From Folioceros fuciformis (taxonomy: Eukaryota): DNA of 62,945 nucleotides. A program made the translations under genes and the position numbers. Below, one piece after another: positions 1 to 13,385 of the stretch. How positions within the stretch are numbered: position 1 is the first letter of the stretch; every line of letters begins with the position of its first letter. The DNA is taken from contig JBNGIO010006337.1 of the NCBI GenBank assembly GCA_049999805.1, forward strand, positions 332,215 through 395,159, in the 5' to 3' direction. Below the pieces are notes generated by a model, which saw only the letters and a program-made list of their open reading frames with translations, was not told the DNA's origin and searched no databases.

Positions 1-3000
1 GCTCTGACGGCGTCCCTGGAGGAAACCAAGGAGGCGTTGCGGACAGCCATCGCTGGTAGGGATGATCTTGAGGCAGAGGTCCAACAACTTCGCCGACAGG
101 AGAGTACGTTGGCGTCGGAACACAAGCGGCTGTCGGACTCTTGGAATGAGAGGCTGTTTCACCTTGAACAACGGCTTAAGGAGACTTCAACTCGCCTTCA
201 TTCGGGTCAGGTAGAACGAGATACGGTGGTGGCAGATCTTGAGAGTAAGGAGGCTGAAATGCAGAGATTGGCGGATGAGAACAAGAGAATGGCGGCTGCA
301 AATGAAATGGCTGAGTTTGCAGTGAAGTCTTTGAAGGCGAAGCTGGAGCAGCAAGCTGTAGAAGCAGAGAAAATGAAGGCAGGACTTGAGGAGCGGGAAA
401 GGGAGATAGATAGGTTGACGCGAGAGAAGGTTGATTTGGATGACTGCCTGACACAGAAAGGCGAGCGTCAATGCTTAGCCGAGCAGAGGATTCAGGACCT
501 GAAAATGAAGCTCGAGGAAACCGCCAACCAACTCCAGACCGAACGGGCTGCAATGCTGGCAGACCTTGTAAGCAGGGAGACCGAACTACTAAGGATGGCG
601 GATGAGGTCAAGCGATTGACGGCTGTGAAAGAGGTGGCTGAGTTTTCAATGCAGTCGCTGCAGTTCAAGCTTGAGCAATCAGCTGTAGAAGCAGAGAGAA
701 TGCAGGCAGAACTTGAAGATAGTTGCAGGGAAAGTAACAGGCTGACTGAAGAGAACCGTGATCTTGGTAATCGCTTGGCACACCAAGCAGAACGGCAATG
801 CCTAGCCGATCAGATAATTCAGGACCTGAGAGTGAAGCTCGAGGAAACCACTCATCAGCTTCAGGCTGAAAGAGGTGCGATACTGCTAGACCTCGAAAGT
901 AAGGAAACCGAATTGCTGAGGATAGCCGATGAGAACAGGAGGTTGACGGCTTCGAAAGAAACGGGAGAGTCTTTATTGATTTCTTTGCAGTCTAAGCTTG
1001 AACGAGTAGTTGAAGAAGCAGAAGGAATGCGTACAGAACTTGAGGAAAGGGGCAGGGAGACAGACAGGTTGACTGAAGAGAAACGTGGTCTCAGTATTCT
1101 TCTGGCACAGCAAGGAGAACGACAATCCTTAACCGATCAGATAATTCAGGACCTTAAGGTGGAGCTTGAAGAAACTACTCATCAGCTTCAGACTGAAAGA
1201 GGTGCAATACTGGGAGACCTCGAAAGTAAGGAGACCGAATTGCTGAGGATGGCCGACGAAAACAGGCGATTAACGGATTCAAAGGAAACGGCAGAGTCTT
1301 TAGTGATTTGTCTACAGTCTAAGCTTGAACAGTTAATCGAGGAATCAGAGAAAATGAGAGTGGAACTTGTCGACGGCGGCAGAGAGGCACACAGGTTGAC
1401 TGAAGAGAACCGTGATCTCGATAACCGCTTGAAAGAGCAAAAAGAACGGCAATGCTTAGCCGAGCAGAGAATCCAAGACCTGAAGGTAAAGGCCGAGGAA
1501 GCTGCCGAGGAACTGCAAACTACTGTTTCGTGTAGAGACGAGCTTCTGTCCGAGGTTGAGACTTTGCGGGAGAGCATCCATCTCATGAAGATGGAGGAGG
1601 AGAAGCAGTTGCAAGCCTGGGAACATCGAATTTCTTGCGTCCAGCAAAGAGCTGGCGAAGGAGCAAAAGCGCTGGATTCCCTTCTACTGGAAAAGAATTC
1701 GCTGCTGAGAGACCTGGAAATCAAAGAAGTGGAAGTGGATGAGTTAAAGCAGCAGAATACGCTGCTACTGTCGGCGAAAGAATTTCTGGCATCCACTGTA
1801 GAATCTCTACAGATTAGATTAAGTAAACTTTTCGATGATGCGGAGAGAAGCAAGGCAGAGATGGAGGAAAGGGACAGAACATCACGTCAATTATCTGAAC
1901 ACAATGCGCAACTGGAAAAGCAGCTGCGAGAACTAGAGGAAAGAGCAGACTTGGCGGATCAGCGGTTGGAAAATGTGAAGACGAAACTCGAGGAAACTGC
2001 AAGTGAGCTTCAAGAGGCCACGAGCTCCCGGGATGGCCTTGGGAAAGACGTAGCCCAATTGGAGGAGCAAATTCGCAGCATGACCTTGGAGCAGGATCGT
2101 CTTTTGCAGTCCTGGGAGCATAATCTCGGTGCTGTCAACAGGCAGCTCGTCGAGACTGCTTCTCAGCTTCAAACGGTTTCGACTGAGAGAGCTACTTTGC
2201 TACGGGATCTGGAGAAGAGAGAAGCTGAGCTGAATCAGATGGAAAACGAAATTAGGCAGTTGCTGGCTGCAAAAGACATGGCTGAGTTCTCAGTGCAAAG
2301 TTTGCAGGCGAAAGTGACCGCCGTCGTTGCAGAATCAAACAGCAGCAGAGCGAGCATGGAGCTGCTTCGCCAATGTTTTGATACTGCAGAAACGAAGGTG
2401 GCGTTGAGAGATGCGCAGGTGCAAGATCTACTTGTGAAAATTGAAAATGGGGAGCGAGTGAGTGCACGATTGAGAGAAGCTGAGGTGGAGATCCGAGATC
2501 TGCAGGAGAAACTGGAGGAAGCTGATCAGATGGTTAGGGACAAGGAAGACAGTCTGGCTGCTTCAGAGTGGACGGTACAGCACTTAGCTAGTGAAATATC
2601 CAAAGCGAAAAGCACCTTGCTGCAGAAAGATAAAAAGGAGGCTAACCTGCAGCAGCAGCTTGAGGAGTTGGCTATGCAGCTGAGGAGCAAAGAGGGAGAG
2701 ATCATTGAACTGGATTGTTTTCTTCAAGAGCAGATGGCAAAAAGTGCTAAGAGGAAAGCTGAGGTTGACGAGCTATCAAAAAAAATACACAAGCTTCACA
2801 AGGAATCAGCTGGTTGGCAGAGGAGAGAATCTGAACTGGACAGTCGCGTTAATGTTCTTGAAGCTGCTGTGGAGGAGAAGGATGCCATTTTGGCTGAACT
2901 TGAACAAAAGCTGAAACAGCAAGCCGAAGTGCAAGAAGCGATGGAAGGGGCGATTTCAAGCTTGAGGGTGCAGCTCGCAGATGGGAACACTGCATACGCC

Positions 3001-5540
3001 CAGAAAGAACGGGAGATGGAGCGCTTGTGTGATGATTTAGAAGCTGCAAAGCAGGAGGCCGCCTCAGCCGCGGAGCAGCACAAGGACGTTCAGAGCAAGC
3101 TAATGCAGCTCGAGCAGATATTCGAGGGGAAGAGAGAAAAGATGGAGTCCATGGCCGAGGATTTGCGGGGAACCGTCCGAAAGTTTGATGGGGAGTTGAA
3201 GGAAGAGAGAGCACAAGTACGACTACTCTTGCAGAAGTTGTCCATCGCTAACGAGGATCGGGACGAAGTTCATCAACAGATGTTGGTGATGGAGGATCGA
3301 GTAGGTGAGCTGCTGGCTCTGCAGGATGAGTTGGAGAAGGCAACCGCGCTCGTGTCGACATTACAGAAATCGGTTGTTGAAAAGGATGAAGCTCTGAGAG
3401 AGATTAATGACCAGTTTGTGGAGCTTGATCAGACCTTTCAGCACAGGGTACGAGAGCTTGAAGCCCTAGTGATGAAACTGGAGGAGCAGAGTCGAAATGC
3501 TGATCCTCAGCTGAAGGGAGAGACAGGGAAGGTCTCTGTGCTTTCTGAACAACTGTCACGTGCTGAGCAGGATAGGGGTGATGCTTGCCAGCAAGTCCTT
3601 GCATTGCAGGAGTTGTTGTGTAAGGCAAAAGACGAGGTGAACGATGCGACTGAAAAGGCTGCGCTCCTCCTGCTGAAGTCTTCAGATGCTGAGTCAGGAG
3701 CAACTGAATCCCATCAGAAACTCCATGCCATGCAGCTGGCTCTGACTGAAGCAAGGAATGAGCTAGCCGAGCAGACGGGTAGGAATTCGTTGGTAACGAA
3801 AAATCTATTAGAAGCCCAGGGAGAAGTGGCGGACACACACAAAAGGCTAATAAGCGTACAGGAGTTGCTAGCGAAGGCCAACTCTCGGATAGTACAGGAG
3901 ACGGAAAAGGCCGATGCTCTTGTGTCGTCGCTGCAGGCAGTACAATGTACGCTTCTTGAAAAGCAGGTCGAGGTGGATACATTATTGACAAGCCTTCTCT
4001 CGGCTGAGAGTAGAGCGGCTGAATCAAGAGAACAAATGCTGGCAATGCAGGATCTCCTCCGAAACACGGAATGTGACTTGAAAGAAAATAGGCAGAAGGT
4101 CCTACAGTTCATTTCGTCCGTAGAAGAAGCACAGGAGACCATTGGGAGGAAACAAAAGGAACTAGAGGCTGTCAACGAAAGGCTTTTGGCGTTCGAGTCG
4201 AGAGCAGAAGAGGGTGAGGAGAGAGAAAGGATTAACTTGGATGAGCTGCTTCGTGAAGTTGCTACAAGCAAAGAACGGGAGAAGTCTCTAGAGGAGATGA
4301 ATCAAAGGTTACAGCTGGAGGTTGCTAGGGGAAGGGAGCAAAATCTGGCGAGAAAAGAGAAGCTCGTGCAAGTTCTTGAACAGCTTGAGCAGAACCGGCG
4401 GACGAACACTACTCTTCATATGCAGATGGCGGTGACTCATAAGCGGGTTTTGAACGACATAAGTGCTGTCCATGGTGAAGCCAGAACAGGTGATGATCAC
4501 AATGTAGTGCGGAGAAGTAAGAAAATGAGGAGAACAGATGATCTGTCCTCAAGTAGTGAAAGTCTATCGGATGCAGTCGAAACAGAGGCAGAAGAGATCA
4601 TCTGCCCGGCTTCTGCAGCTCGTAGTGGGAGCCAGCAAGTACACGCAGAAAGGGGACTGGTCGGCCTAGTTGGAGATCTCGACCAAATGGCTGAGTATTC
4701 CAGTAAGGCCGCGGAGAAGGACCTGCATATACCAACTTTGACGCCGAGTCACAGAACGGATGCAGACGAACCTGTCGTCACAGATATGGAAACAGCTGTG
4801 GTACAACTAGGCGTTCAAAGACGGACAATAGCCGAACTTCGCCAGGAGGTTCTGAATCTAAGATCCAACTTGCAGCATGTGCCGACTGCGGGTGAAAGTG
4901 GTCCCGCCACGGACTTGACCGGCAGAACTGTAAGCTCCGAAGAGTTCAGTCATCACTTGGAACTCTGCGACTCACTCGTAAGGTATGTCGGGCACACGCC
5001 TTCTAGATAGTGCGTGGCCTGTTCTGCTGTGAATATAGCCTCAGTTGCAACAGTAGCCATGTGGTGACCATTCTTTGATTTGTTCTATGCAGGAAAAACA
5101 TTGCTCTTGATAAAAAAGTGGAAGCGATGGAGAGGTATTATTAAAACTAGTGTTCGTTGGGTTCCTGGTGCGTGTTAGAACAAATCACTGACCCGTGGTC
5201 CGACTGTCTAAACAGGAAAAACAGAGGTTTGCAAAGAGAGCTCGAAAGCTTAAAGCAGGGTTCCTGTGCACATCGTGAAGCTGATGGGAAAACGCAAGAT
5301 CAGAGAAAAGGAGGATTCCTCTCATGGGAGAACCGGGTGCCACCAGTGGCTGTGAAAAGCATCGAGGATGCCAAAATGATGCCTTTCTCAGAGTCTGAGA
5401 CATCCCGGACCAGGGGGGCATCCGAGAGATCGCCGTTGCAAGAGCTCAGAAGTGGGCCAAATAGTCCTTCAGTCCCTGCGCATCTGAAGGCAAGCAGGCA
5501 GGCAGGGTTACGTTCAGCCAACGCTGAGTTACGATCTTGA
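1..5540 (+). CDS. Very long coiled-coil protein, 3' part (5'-truncated by window); exons <1..4982, 5093..5134, 5216..5540
   Basis: Open frame >1650 codons, E/L/K/Q/R-rich with heptad character. Canonical splice sites AG|GTATGT (4983), TGCAG|G (5092), AG|GTATTA (5135) and AACAG|G (5215) join in frame (..LVR-KNIALDKKVEAMER-KNRGLQRELESLK..) to TGA at 5540. C-terminus contains RSPLQEL. Confidence 0.85.
184..1560 (+). repeat. Coding tandem repeat, 327 bp / 109 aa period, ~4 copies plus diverged copies downstream
   Basis: Equivalent 'KLEE' codon positions recur at 511, 838, 1165 and 1492 (exact 327-bp spacing); unit LEETxxQLQxERxAxLxDLESKETELLRxADENRRL...QCLAEQRIQDL. Confidence 0.9.
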
Positions 5541-6819
5541 CCGTCGTAGCCCTCCAGCCTGCAACCTGTTTCATTAAATTGTACAACTAGACCAGATATC
5601 AGAACTGCCCTCTGAAACCAATTGACCCCAAGGATTTGTGGCATCTTTCTCTGCAAAACATCACTAGCCATTGAAACATTCTTGGAACCCTAGCCAGATC
5701 ACCAGTGCCCTGATTTAGCTTCTTGCTAGCTAGTGAGCAAGCAAGCACCTGCAAGGCCGTTAGCTTTCTGGAAGCGGATTTGCAAAGAGAGCAAGTGAGC
5801 TGCTGCGAGGCCGTTCTCCAGCAGCTGGGCCTGAGGCAACGTGAATTGCTCTCGACCACGCCGCACTTGCACTGAGTCTGTGTGTGCGAGTCGATGCCTC
5901 CTGGTCGAAGGTAGTGTCAAAGTGCTTGGCGCGCGCGATAATAATATCCCTGGAGGACTTGCCAAGAGCAGAGTCGGAGTCGGCCAGCTCGAGTCGGGAG
6001 CAGAGCTCTGTCAGAGGAGGACGGAGACACAGAAGAGCAGACGTCTGATTGCGGATAAATCTGATAAATTTTGAATATACCACCGTACCTGTTGCCTCTA
6101 TAGCATAGAGCAGCAGATCATCGGGATAGCGTGTAGGGTATGGATGCTCGAAGTCACCAGGTTAGTCATGTCTTCGAAAAGCTTGAATCAGTTTTCGGAT
6201 CTAAGAACATGAGTTATCACACGCAGCAACAACCACGCACTCGTCTCAAACTGCAGACACCGCGGCTTCGTCACTGGGCAAAACCAAGGGCTATTAACTG
6301 GTTAGAGGAGCCAAAGAAGTGGAGCATTAAAAGATATCCTTGCCATCAAGGTTGAGAAAAGGAAGATATCATTCTAGATTGTGTGAGCAAGTGCTTCTTC
6401 CATACATGAAAGAAACACAGATCACACAAACTGTTTTGTATGTCTAGTGACTGGAAAAAGAGAGATGGATTTTGGCTAAGAGGCTTGCTTCTTAGTGTTA
6501 TTGGATGCATGATAGTTGTAAGAAGGTATTTGATGCTCATGTTCACTTTCTTGTACTACAAGAAGTGCTAACAACCAAAATTTGATAGTTTTTGATGAAA
6601 ATGTTAAGATCATTTATATTGCTTGAATAATAATGGATAAACATACCTAACTATTTGAAAGTGACTAATAAACATTGATATGATATAAACATTGATATGT
6701 ATCGATATATTTTTTGCTTATATCGAACATTCACATCTCTTTCAGCTTATATATGTAGAGCATGACAAGGAAGGAAAGCATAGTATCTTTCAGTCCAAAG
6801 TTATCTTGCTAAGGAGAAG

Positions 6820-8727
6820 ATGGCTGCGCTTTTGTTGTCATTCGTGTTGAGTCTAGCTTGTGTTACTTTGCTTAGTGGGAAGCATGCTTTGGTCCATGGT
6901 TGGAATTCCAATCTAGAGTTTACCTTGTCGAAACCATTTGATTTGAGCATTATCAATCGTCCTTTTGTTACCTCACATAATGTATGTATTTTCTATCACA
7001 CATCTAGTAATGGTAAACATTATTTGAACTGTTTTTATTTTTTATTTTTGTTTGATGTTCTCATAACTTGGTAGATGTATGTGTGCAGCTTTCAGATGGT
7101 TCCATTGTGGATTGTGTGAGAATTGAAGACCAACTGACTTTGCAACATCCATTGTTCAAAGATCATGTTCTTCAAGTACGTCTAAAATGATTTATAAGAC
7201 CGTACAAGTATTTTCTTTTGATTCATGCATTGTAAGGTAAATTGTGTTCACTTGCAGAAACCACCTCCATCATTTCAAAATTTGCGACTACAAATCGTGC
7301 GAGAGTCTACCCATCTCCAAGTGTACCATCAAGAAGTTGGAAAGTGCCTAGATGGAACCATCCCTGTGCGGCGGATCTTGGAAGATGATCTGGAACGTTT
7401 ACAGCGAGCACATGCTCTGCGAAGAAACCAGAGATCTTCTCAAACTGACGCTCTAAACGATGGATATGTGCATGATGTATGTTTCTAGGTTTACTTTAGA
7501 TGTTTCTTCTTCCATCAATAGTTGTGGAATCTCAATGTTGTCTAACGTTAACCTTATGAAACCAATGTGTTGTGTTTGGTTGGTTTGGACGTAGTATGCA
7601 AGAGATGAGTTCACAGGACCTTCATTTCATGGTGCGACATCTGCTATTAGTATATGGAACCCACAGATCCCTATTAACTCAGTAGGGGCAACAATTTCAC
7701 AGATATGGGTGGTTGCTGATAATGGCTTCAACAAGAACACCGCAGAAGTTGGATGGACAGTAAGTATTTAGCATACATGTTGTGGTTTAAATTAAATGGG
7801 TTGTTTTGTCTCATCATTCTAAGATGTTTGTAACTACAACTATCTCAACTCTACTTTGTGTAGGTGAATCCCACTTTATATAAAGACACTGCCTCTCATT
7901 TGTTCATCTATTGGACGGTAATTCATGATATGTTACATCTTATTCCTCGTGACTAATTTTCTAGATTATTGTACTACTATGTGTATGGATCCATACATAA
8001 TTTGTTGGCAGATCATCATTCTAACATAATTTTGCTTTCTCATCTCAGGCAGATGACTATACTAGCACTGGGTGCTACGACTTAACGTGCCCTGGATTTA
8101 TTCAAACGGATGCTACTCACGTATTGGGCGGGGCATACTCTCCTGACACTGTAGGCACTACCCAAGTTTTTACAATAGCAAAGGTAAATATATTCCTCAA
8201 ATTTCAACCTTTGATAATAATTAAATTTTATTATCATATTCCTACATCATACATATGTTGATTATGATAACACATGATTTATTGATCTCTTTCTCTTGTT
8301 GTAGAATGCTTCAACTGGAGACATGTGGTTACAGATAGATAATACAATGGTGGGTTACTGGCCGGCTAGTATTTATTCTAAGGGTCTTCTTCAAAATCAA
8401 CTGCCCAATAGGTTTGGCTGGGGAGGAGAAGTAGGCACATTGAAAGGCCAAGCACGTCTTCCTATGGGTAATTCATTGTTTGGTTCCGGCGCTTCGCAGG
8501 CAGGTACACTCGGTCCAGTACTTCCGGCCTACCATGCTCAAGTATCAGTTTTGAGTTCATTGGATAATGGTGCAAGCCTTTATCCGGTGGAGGCATCATT
8601 TGCGCAGCCATTGCAAACATCTTCAGATTTTGATATCAAAAACTTTACACAAGTAGGAGTAGCACCGGGAGTACCCATAGGAGGTACTTGGATTTTCTTT
8701 GGTGGACCAGGAGGGACTGTAGCGTGA
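6820..8727 (+). CDS. Neprosin-family secreted glutamic (prolyl endo)peptidase with activation peptide (DUF4409/DUF239), ~414 aa; exons 6820..6981, 7089..7175, 7258..7476, 7595..7759, 7864..7917, 8049..8183, 8305..8727
   Basis: Signal peptide. Propeptide motifs DGSIVDCV..QHPLFKDHVLQ and C-x-DGTIPVRR. Catalytic-domain motifs ISQIWV, AEVGW, VNPTLY..LFIYWTADDY..TGCYDLTCPGFIQ, VGYWP, WGGEV and terminal FFGGPGG. All six introns are GT-AG, phase 0. Both presumptive catalytic glutamates are present. Confidence 0.93.
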
Positions 8728-9507
8728 TAGGGACCACATTGCTGCGCATCTAAGCATCCTTGTTTAGGGGGCGGAATATTTTCTTGATTCTGGAATATGT
8801 AAGGGACTACATTTTTATGGTCACAAATTAAGCATGTTCTCTACACCACTCAGCCCATACACATATGGGTTCACGATTCCCAAGGCCCTTCTGAGAATGG
8901 GACGAACCCCCTCGACAGAGGTTGGCAGTTGCCTTCGCAACAAGGACAAACGATCTCTGCACTGTACTTGTCTCGAATGTTTGAAGCAGCGGGACTGGCC
9001 TCTTACAAACCTGAAAGATACACTACGACACACACACATCGCTTTGAGTTTGCCACGATGTCAGCTTGGCACGTTTGACGAGACGTTACAGTGGTCGTTC
9101 CTCCCGTCCGGGGATGTAGAAGGTGCGGCTACCGAAAACAGACGACAGGACTTTTTCCTTCCAAACGTCGGTCCGATGCCCGGCTGCTTAGTCGCTAGCT
9201 CTGCCCAGAAGCTCCCCGGGCGTGCCAGGCACCTGCTGTTCATTTTCTGTCATCTCTCCTGGTGTAGTCTCTGTGATCCGCTTCGACACTTCTCACCAAT
9301 TTGTGTGAGACAACTAGATGAAAGGTAGGGGCAAGAGTATATGAACTGGGGGGTTTGGGGTTCTGATCGGAAAATAACAGGCTTGATTCATCCAGCACCA
9401 CAAATGCAAATGCACCAGTGTTCACCACGATGGAAAGTTGGGGTTGATGTCGTGTTTTGCCGACCAAGCTATCTGTCAGCAATGCTGTTTGTGTTCCTGT
9501 GTTAGAC

Positions 9508-11087
9508 ATGGCTGTGGCACTTGGGGCGAACACGCGCTCAGGTATGGTAGCAGGGTCAGCTCGCGACTACGTCTTGCTTCCCTGCAAAGGCTTCAGGGTG
9601 GCGTCCTCGGACACTCGCCTCCTGGCTTCGCAACAGAGGCATTCACGCTGCTTGTGGCAGTATGCTGGTGTCAGTTGTGTATCGGCGGCTTTACAGCGCA
9701 CACGGATTTCAGAGGGAGAGTCTCAAGAGACTTTGGCGGAAGAGACTCGAGAAAATCTGATGCCTGAGGGAGTGATTCAAGGGGTTCTGGAGACAGGGAT
9801 TCAAGAAACTCTGGCTACAGCGATTCCAGGGACTTCAGAAGGGATGCAAGAGACTTTGGCGACAGAGATTCAGTACGGATCGGGGACCTGTGGAGACAGA
9901 AGGTACCAGGGGTTTCCGGGGGAGGGGCTCGACAGTTTCCAGGGTAAAAGGCTCTTTCGAGTTTAGAAGGGCAGAAGGGTTGATGCAACAGATTTGGTGC
10001 AGGCGGGCACCGCAGAGTGAGAAGGAAGGATACAAACAATGCAGCTTACGAAGTGTTCGACGAAACAACAGGGGAGAAGGTGATTGTGTTGGGAGTTGAT
10101 GGTCTGGAACCACCCAAACCTACTCAGAAAGATCTTCAATGGGAACCTACGAAAGTGGTGGTTTCTGGTGTTGTGAGCCAGGAAACTTGGTACAAGTCCA
10201 TGGAGGCTTCCATGGACGGGCCCTTGGGAGCTTACAGGTTCAGGGGTGTAGTCCAAGGAAGTGAGACACGTCTCCAAGGAAGTAAGACACGTCTCCAAGG
10301 AAGTGAGACAAGTCTCCAAGGAACTGAGACGCGTCTCCAAGGAAGAGAGACAAGTCTCCAAGGAAGTGAGACAAGTCNNNNNNNNNNNNNNNNNNNNNNN
10401 NNNNNNNNNNNNNNNNNNNNNNNNNNNNNNNNNNNNNNNNNNNNNNNNNNNNNNNNNNNNNNNNNNNNNNNNNNNNNGTCTCCAAGGAAGTGAGACACGT
10501 CTCCAAGGAAGTGAGACACGTCTCCAAGGAAGTGAGACACGTCTCCAAGGAAGTGAGACAAGTCTCCAAGGGACTGAGACACGTCTCTAAGGAAGTGAGA
10601 CACGTCCTTTTACTTGTGTTGGCCTCATTGCATGAGAAGAGATACGCTGTCGCTACCTTCATAGCTCTTGCTCCTCGGGCGTCAGATCACTGTCCCATCA
10701 CACTTACCTGTTAGAACGGCTTGTAATGCTGGGTGAAGTGCGCATTTGTAGGCCTTTGTCTCTGGTTTCCAAGTGTCTGAAAGGGCCAGGTGGGTTCAAG
10801 AACGAGATACTGTTCAGAACGGCTGGTTCTTACATCTCTAATTTTCATGTTCCTATCCTTTGATTGCAGGGCCATATGATTCTGATGAAGGTGAGCTGAG
10901 TGACGAGGATCCTTCTGATGAGAAGGAAGATGCTGGGTATTCTGATCTTGAAGAGGATAGTGATGAGGAGGAAGAGGTGGATGAAGTCACTGATGGAGGC
11001 AGGAGTAGTATGAAGCAGATCACCCGGCCACCAGGAGTAAAGGTTTTTGGGCGTCACTCTGGGGGCGGTGCACGGGCTAATTGCTGA
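9508..11087 (+). pseudogene. Disrupted gene fragment, possibly the N-terminal (transit peptide + acidic) region of a plastid DEAD-box RNA helicase RH50-like protein; no helicase core visible
   Basis: Transit-peptide-like N-terminus from ATG 9508, then frameshift/stop near 9890-9985, then AYEVFDETTGEKVIVLG, which resembles (from memory) a motif in plant RH50 N-termini. A D/E-rich exon follows acceptor TTGCAG|G at ~10869. The region is interrupted by a minisatellite and an N gap. Confidence 0.35.
10250..10605. repeat. 21-bp minisatellite (GTCTCCAAGGAAGTGAGACAC)n spanning an assembly gap
   Basis: About 11 near-identical head-to-tail units are visible either side of the N run 10378-10477; no spacers. 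Confidence 0.95.
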
Positions 11088-12704
11088 GGTCTGTATGTTT
11101 GGGGGGATGGTTGGAGACAACGAGCTACCCAAAGATGAGTCTGGAGGGGCGTAGGGATGACGATGAGGGTGAGGAACTTTATGGGGAACACAGAGAAGTT
11201 GATCATGAGGATGGAGATGAAAGTGCTCATGGTTACACAAGTGCTCAGCAAAGGCATTGGTGTCGGCTGCCCGCACCCCTTAAAAGCAAAAGCCCGTGGA
11301 GCCGGAGGCACGGGTAAAGCTGCTTATGTGTTCGTGCTGGGCAAGCAGGTGTAGTTAGCTCGCCGAATCATGACCCGTAACGAGAAAGATCATCCCATTC
11401 ATTTTGTGCCCAATCCGATGTGGTGAGAGCGTAATTCCAGCCGTGGTAGGTTGCACATTAGGAGGTTCACTGTGGTGATGAAATTGCTGGGAGCTCTTGC
11501 TGGAACGGTTTTGCGATGTCATCCCAGAATTTGGTCTCCCAGGAGCTGCTTTCCGGCTGTCATGCCATCAATCGTATTAGGAAGTTGCTGGAGATCTACC
11601 TTGGGCCCTAAACCTTTCCCTCTCGTTTGGAAATGCTTTGTTTGCTGTCTAACACGAGGTAGGCCATAACTTCACATCCCGTAGCTTTGTTTCATGCGAC
11701 TGCTTGTCCAGGTCGTCCGTGTTGGAGTGTATCCGTTATGAAACATGAAAGCTAGTAAATGAGATGCTGCTGACTGACGCCGTCCCAGTGCAGTCACAGC
11801 AAGTTGCAATAGAAAAGTTGGTAACCCTCCCCTGCGTGGTGGATAATTCACTGGCTCTCGCGCCGGCGAGTTCTTTGAGCACGAGCGGTAGTCTGTAGCC
11901 GCAGGAAGCAGCAGTACCAGTACACCTTCCTCGAAGCTGAAATGCGATCAATTCGTCAGATCGGCCCTGCCTTAAAGTTTCCATCCTGGAGTGTCTCGGA
12001 AGTCGCCGGTTCCGACCTTACAAGTGATGGATGACAGACTCCTTGATGCGACAGCAGGGAAAGGAGCGGTTGTGGAGGATGAACATGTGGAGAGTTTGAA
12101 GGTATGCAACAGGGTAGAGACTGTCGATTCTTCAAGACCCGGACAGAGTGGAGGAATGGAGATCTTTCTAACCTTGCAAGACGGGAGGGTTGGGGGGGGG
12201 GCGCAGAGGTAGAGGCAGTGGCGGGCCTAGAGATCTTGGGACTGCTGGGCATAATTCGGAGGAGGTGGAGAGGCATTTTTCTTTGGGGAAGTCATTGTCT
12301 TCTTTGGCTCTGCAGAAGGTGGATTGCGCTTCGGATGGCGAAGATGATCTGCAATCGCACGAGATGGAACAGTTTGTCCGCCCGCAAGATGCTGTACGAG
12401 TGGACGGAAGGGAGTAGGATGCAGAGCCGGCGTTCCCGAAGCCTTTTCATGATGAGGGTGAGACTGGGTGAGTGCTTGCCTGATGAGGGTGTTGCGCGCT
12501 TGGCTCACGAAGTAATTGATTGCACAGTGGACAGCGACGGAGCCCGCAGGATACGGTGCCAATGCCGGCATGAAGTCATTATTCACTCAGCCTCTGCGCA
12601 TGCGCACATTATGCCAGTGTACTGCTCCACAGAAAACTCGGAGATCATAAATAATGGGGTATACGTGCATGTGAAGGCTGGCCATTCATAAAAATATATA
12701 TTGG

Positions 12705-13385
12705 GGTGCATCTGGAGACTCGCAGATCGTGAGCCTTGAGGTGCATGTAGAGACTGGCAGATTGTGATCCCTGAGGTGCATGTAGAGACTGGCAGATCGT
12801 GAGCCTTGGGATGCATGTAGAGACTGGCAGATCGTAAATCTTGGGTTGCACCTGGAGACCGGCGGAACATCACTCTTGTGTGCATGGGGATCACTGGTTT
12901 TCTCGGAGTTAAAAATCTTGGGGATCTGCATCTGTCCGCATATGAGTGCGAAAGCTGGGGCATGCGGGAGAAAGGTCAATTTCAAGACTTGGATGGCATT
13001 CCTCGCATAAATCTTGGGGAGGATCTGGAGACTTGCAGATCTTAAAAGCCCAATTTCAACAATTGGAGAGCTTTCCTCGCATAAATCTGGGGGTGGATCT
13101 GGAGCAGATCTTACAAGGCCCATTCCAAGAATTGGATACCTTTCCTCACATAAATCTGGGGGTGGATCTGGAGGCTTGCAGATCTTACAAGTCCCATTTC
13201 AAGATTTGGATAGCTTTCCTCGCATAATTCTTGGGGTGGATCTGGACTTCCAGATCTTAAATCTTTGTGTGCATGTGGAGACTTTCAGATCTTAAATCTT
13301 CTAGTACATGTGGAGAGTTTCAGATCGTAAATCTTGAGGTGCATGTGGAGGCTAACAGATCACAAATTGGGTGCATCTCGCAGAT
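12705..13385. repeat. Compound tandem-repeat region (35-bp units, then ~70-80-bp units), probable non-autonomous TE or satellite relic
   Basis: GCATGTAGAGACTGGCAGATCGTGAGCCTTGAGGT x~4.5 (12708-12860); TTTCCTCGCATAAATCTGGGGGTGGATCTGGAG..CAGATCTTA x~4 (12998-13262); degenerate 35-mers again to ~13385. Confidence 0.8.

Noticed and set aside
37-5010. ORF-track call as a complete 1657-aa protein, or naming it a kinesin/myosin
   Set aside because: The frame is open from base 1, the listed start is TTG, and the end reads into an intron. No motor domain is in the window, so no gene symbol is given.
5760-6083. Minus-strand 107-aa ORF downstream of the coiled-coil gene
   Set aside because: Non-ATG start, no recognisable domain and no supportable exon chain.
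10250-10605. CRISPR-like array
   Set aside because: Units are head-to-tail with no unique spacers, there are no cas genes, and the context is eukaryotic; it is a minisatellite.
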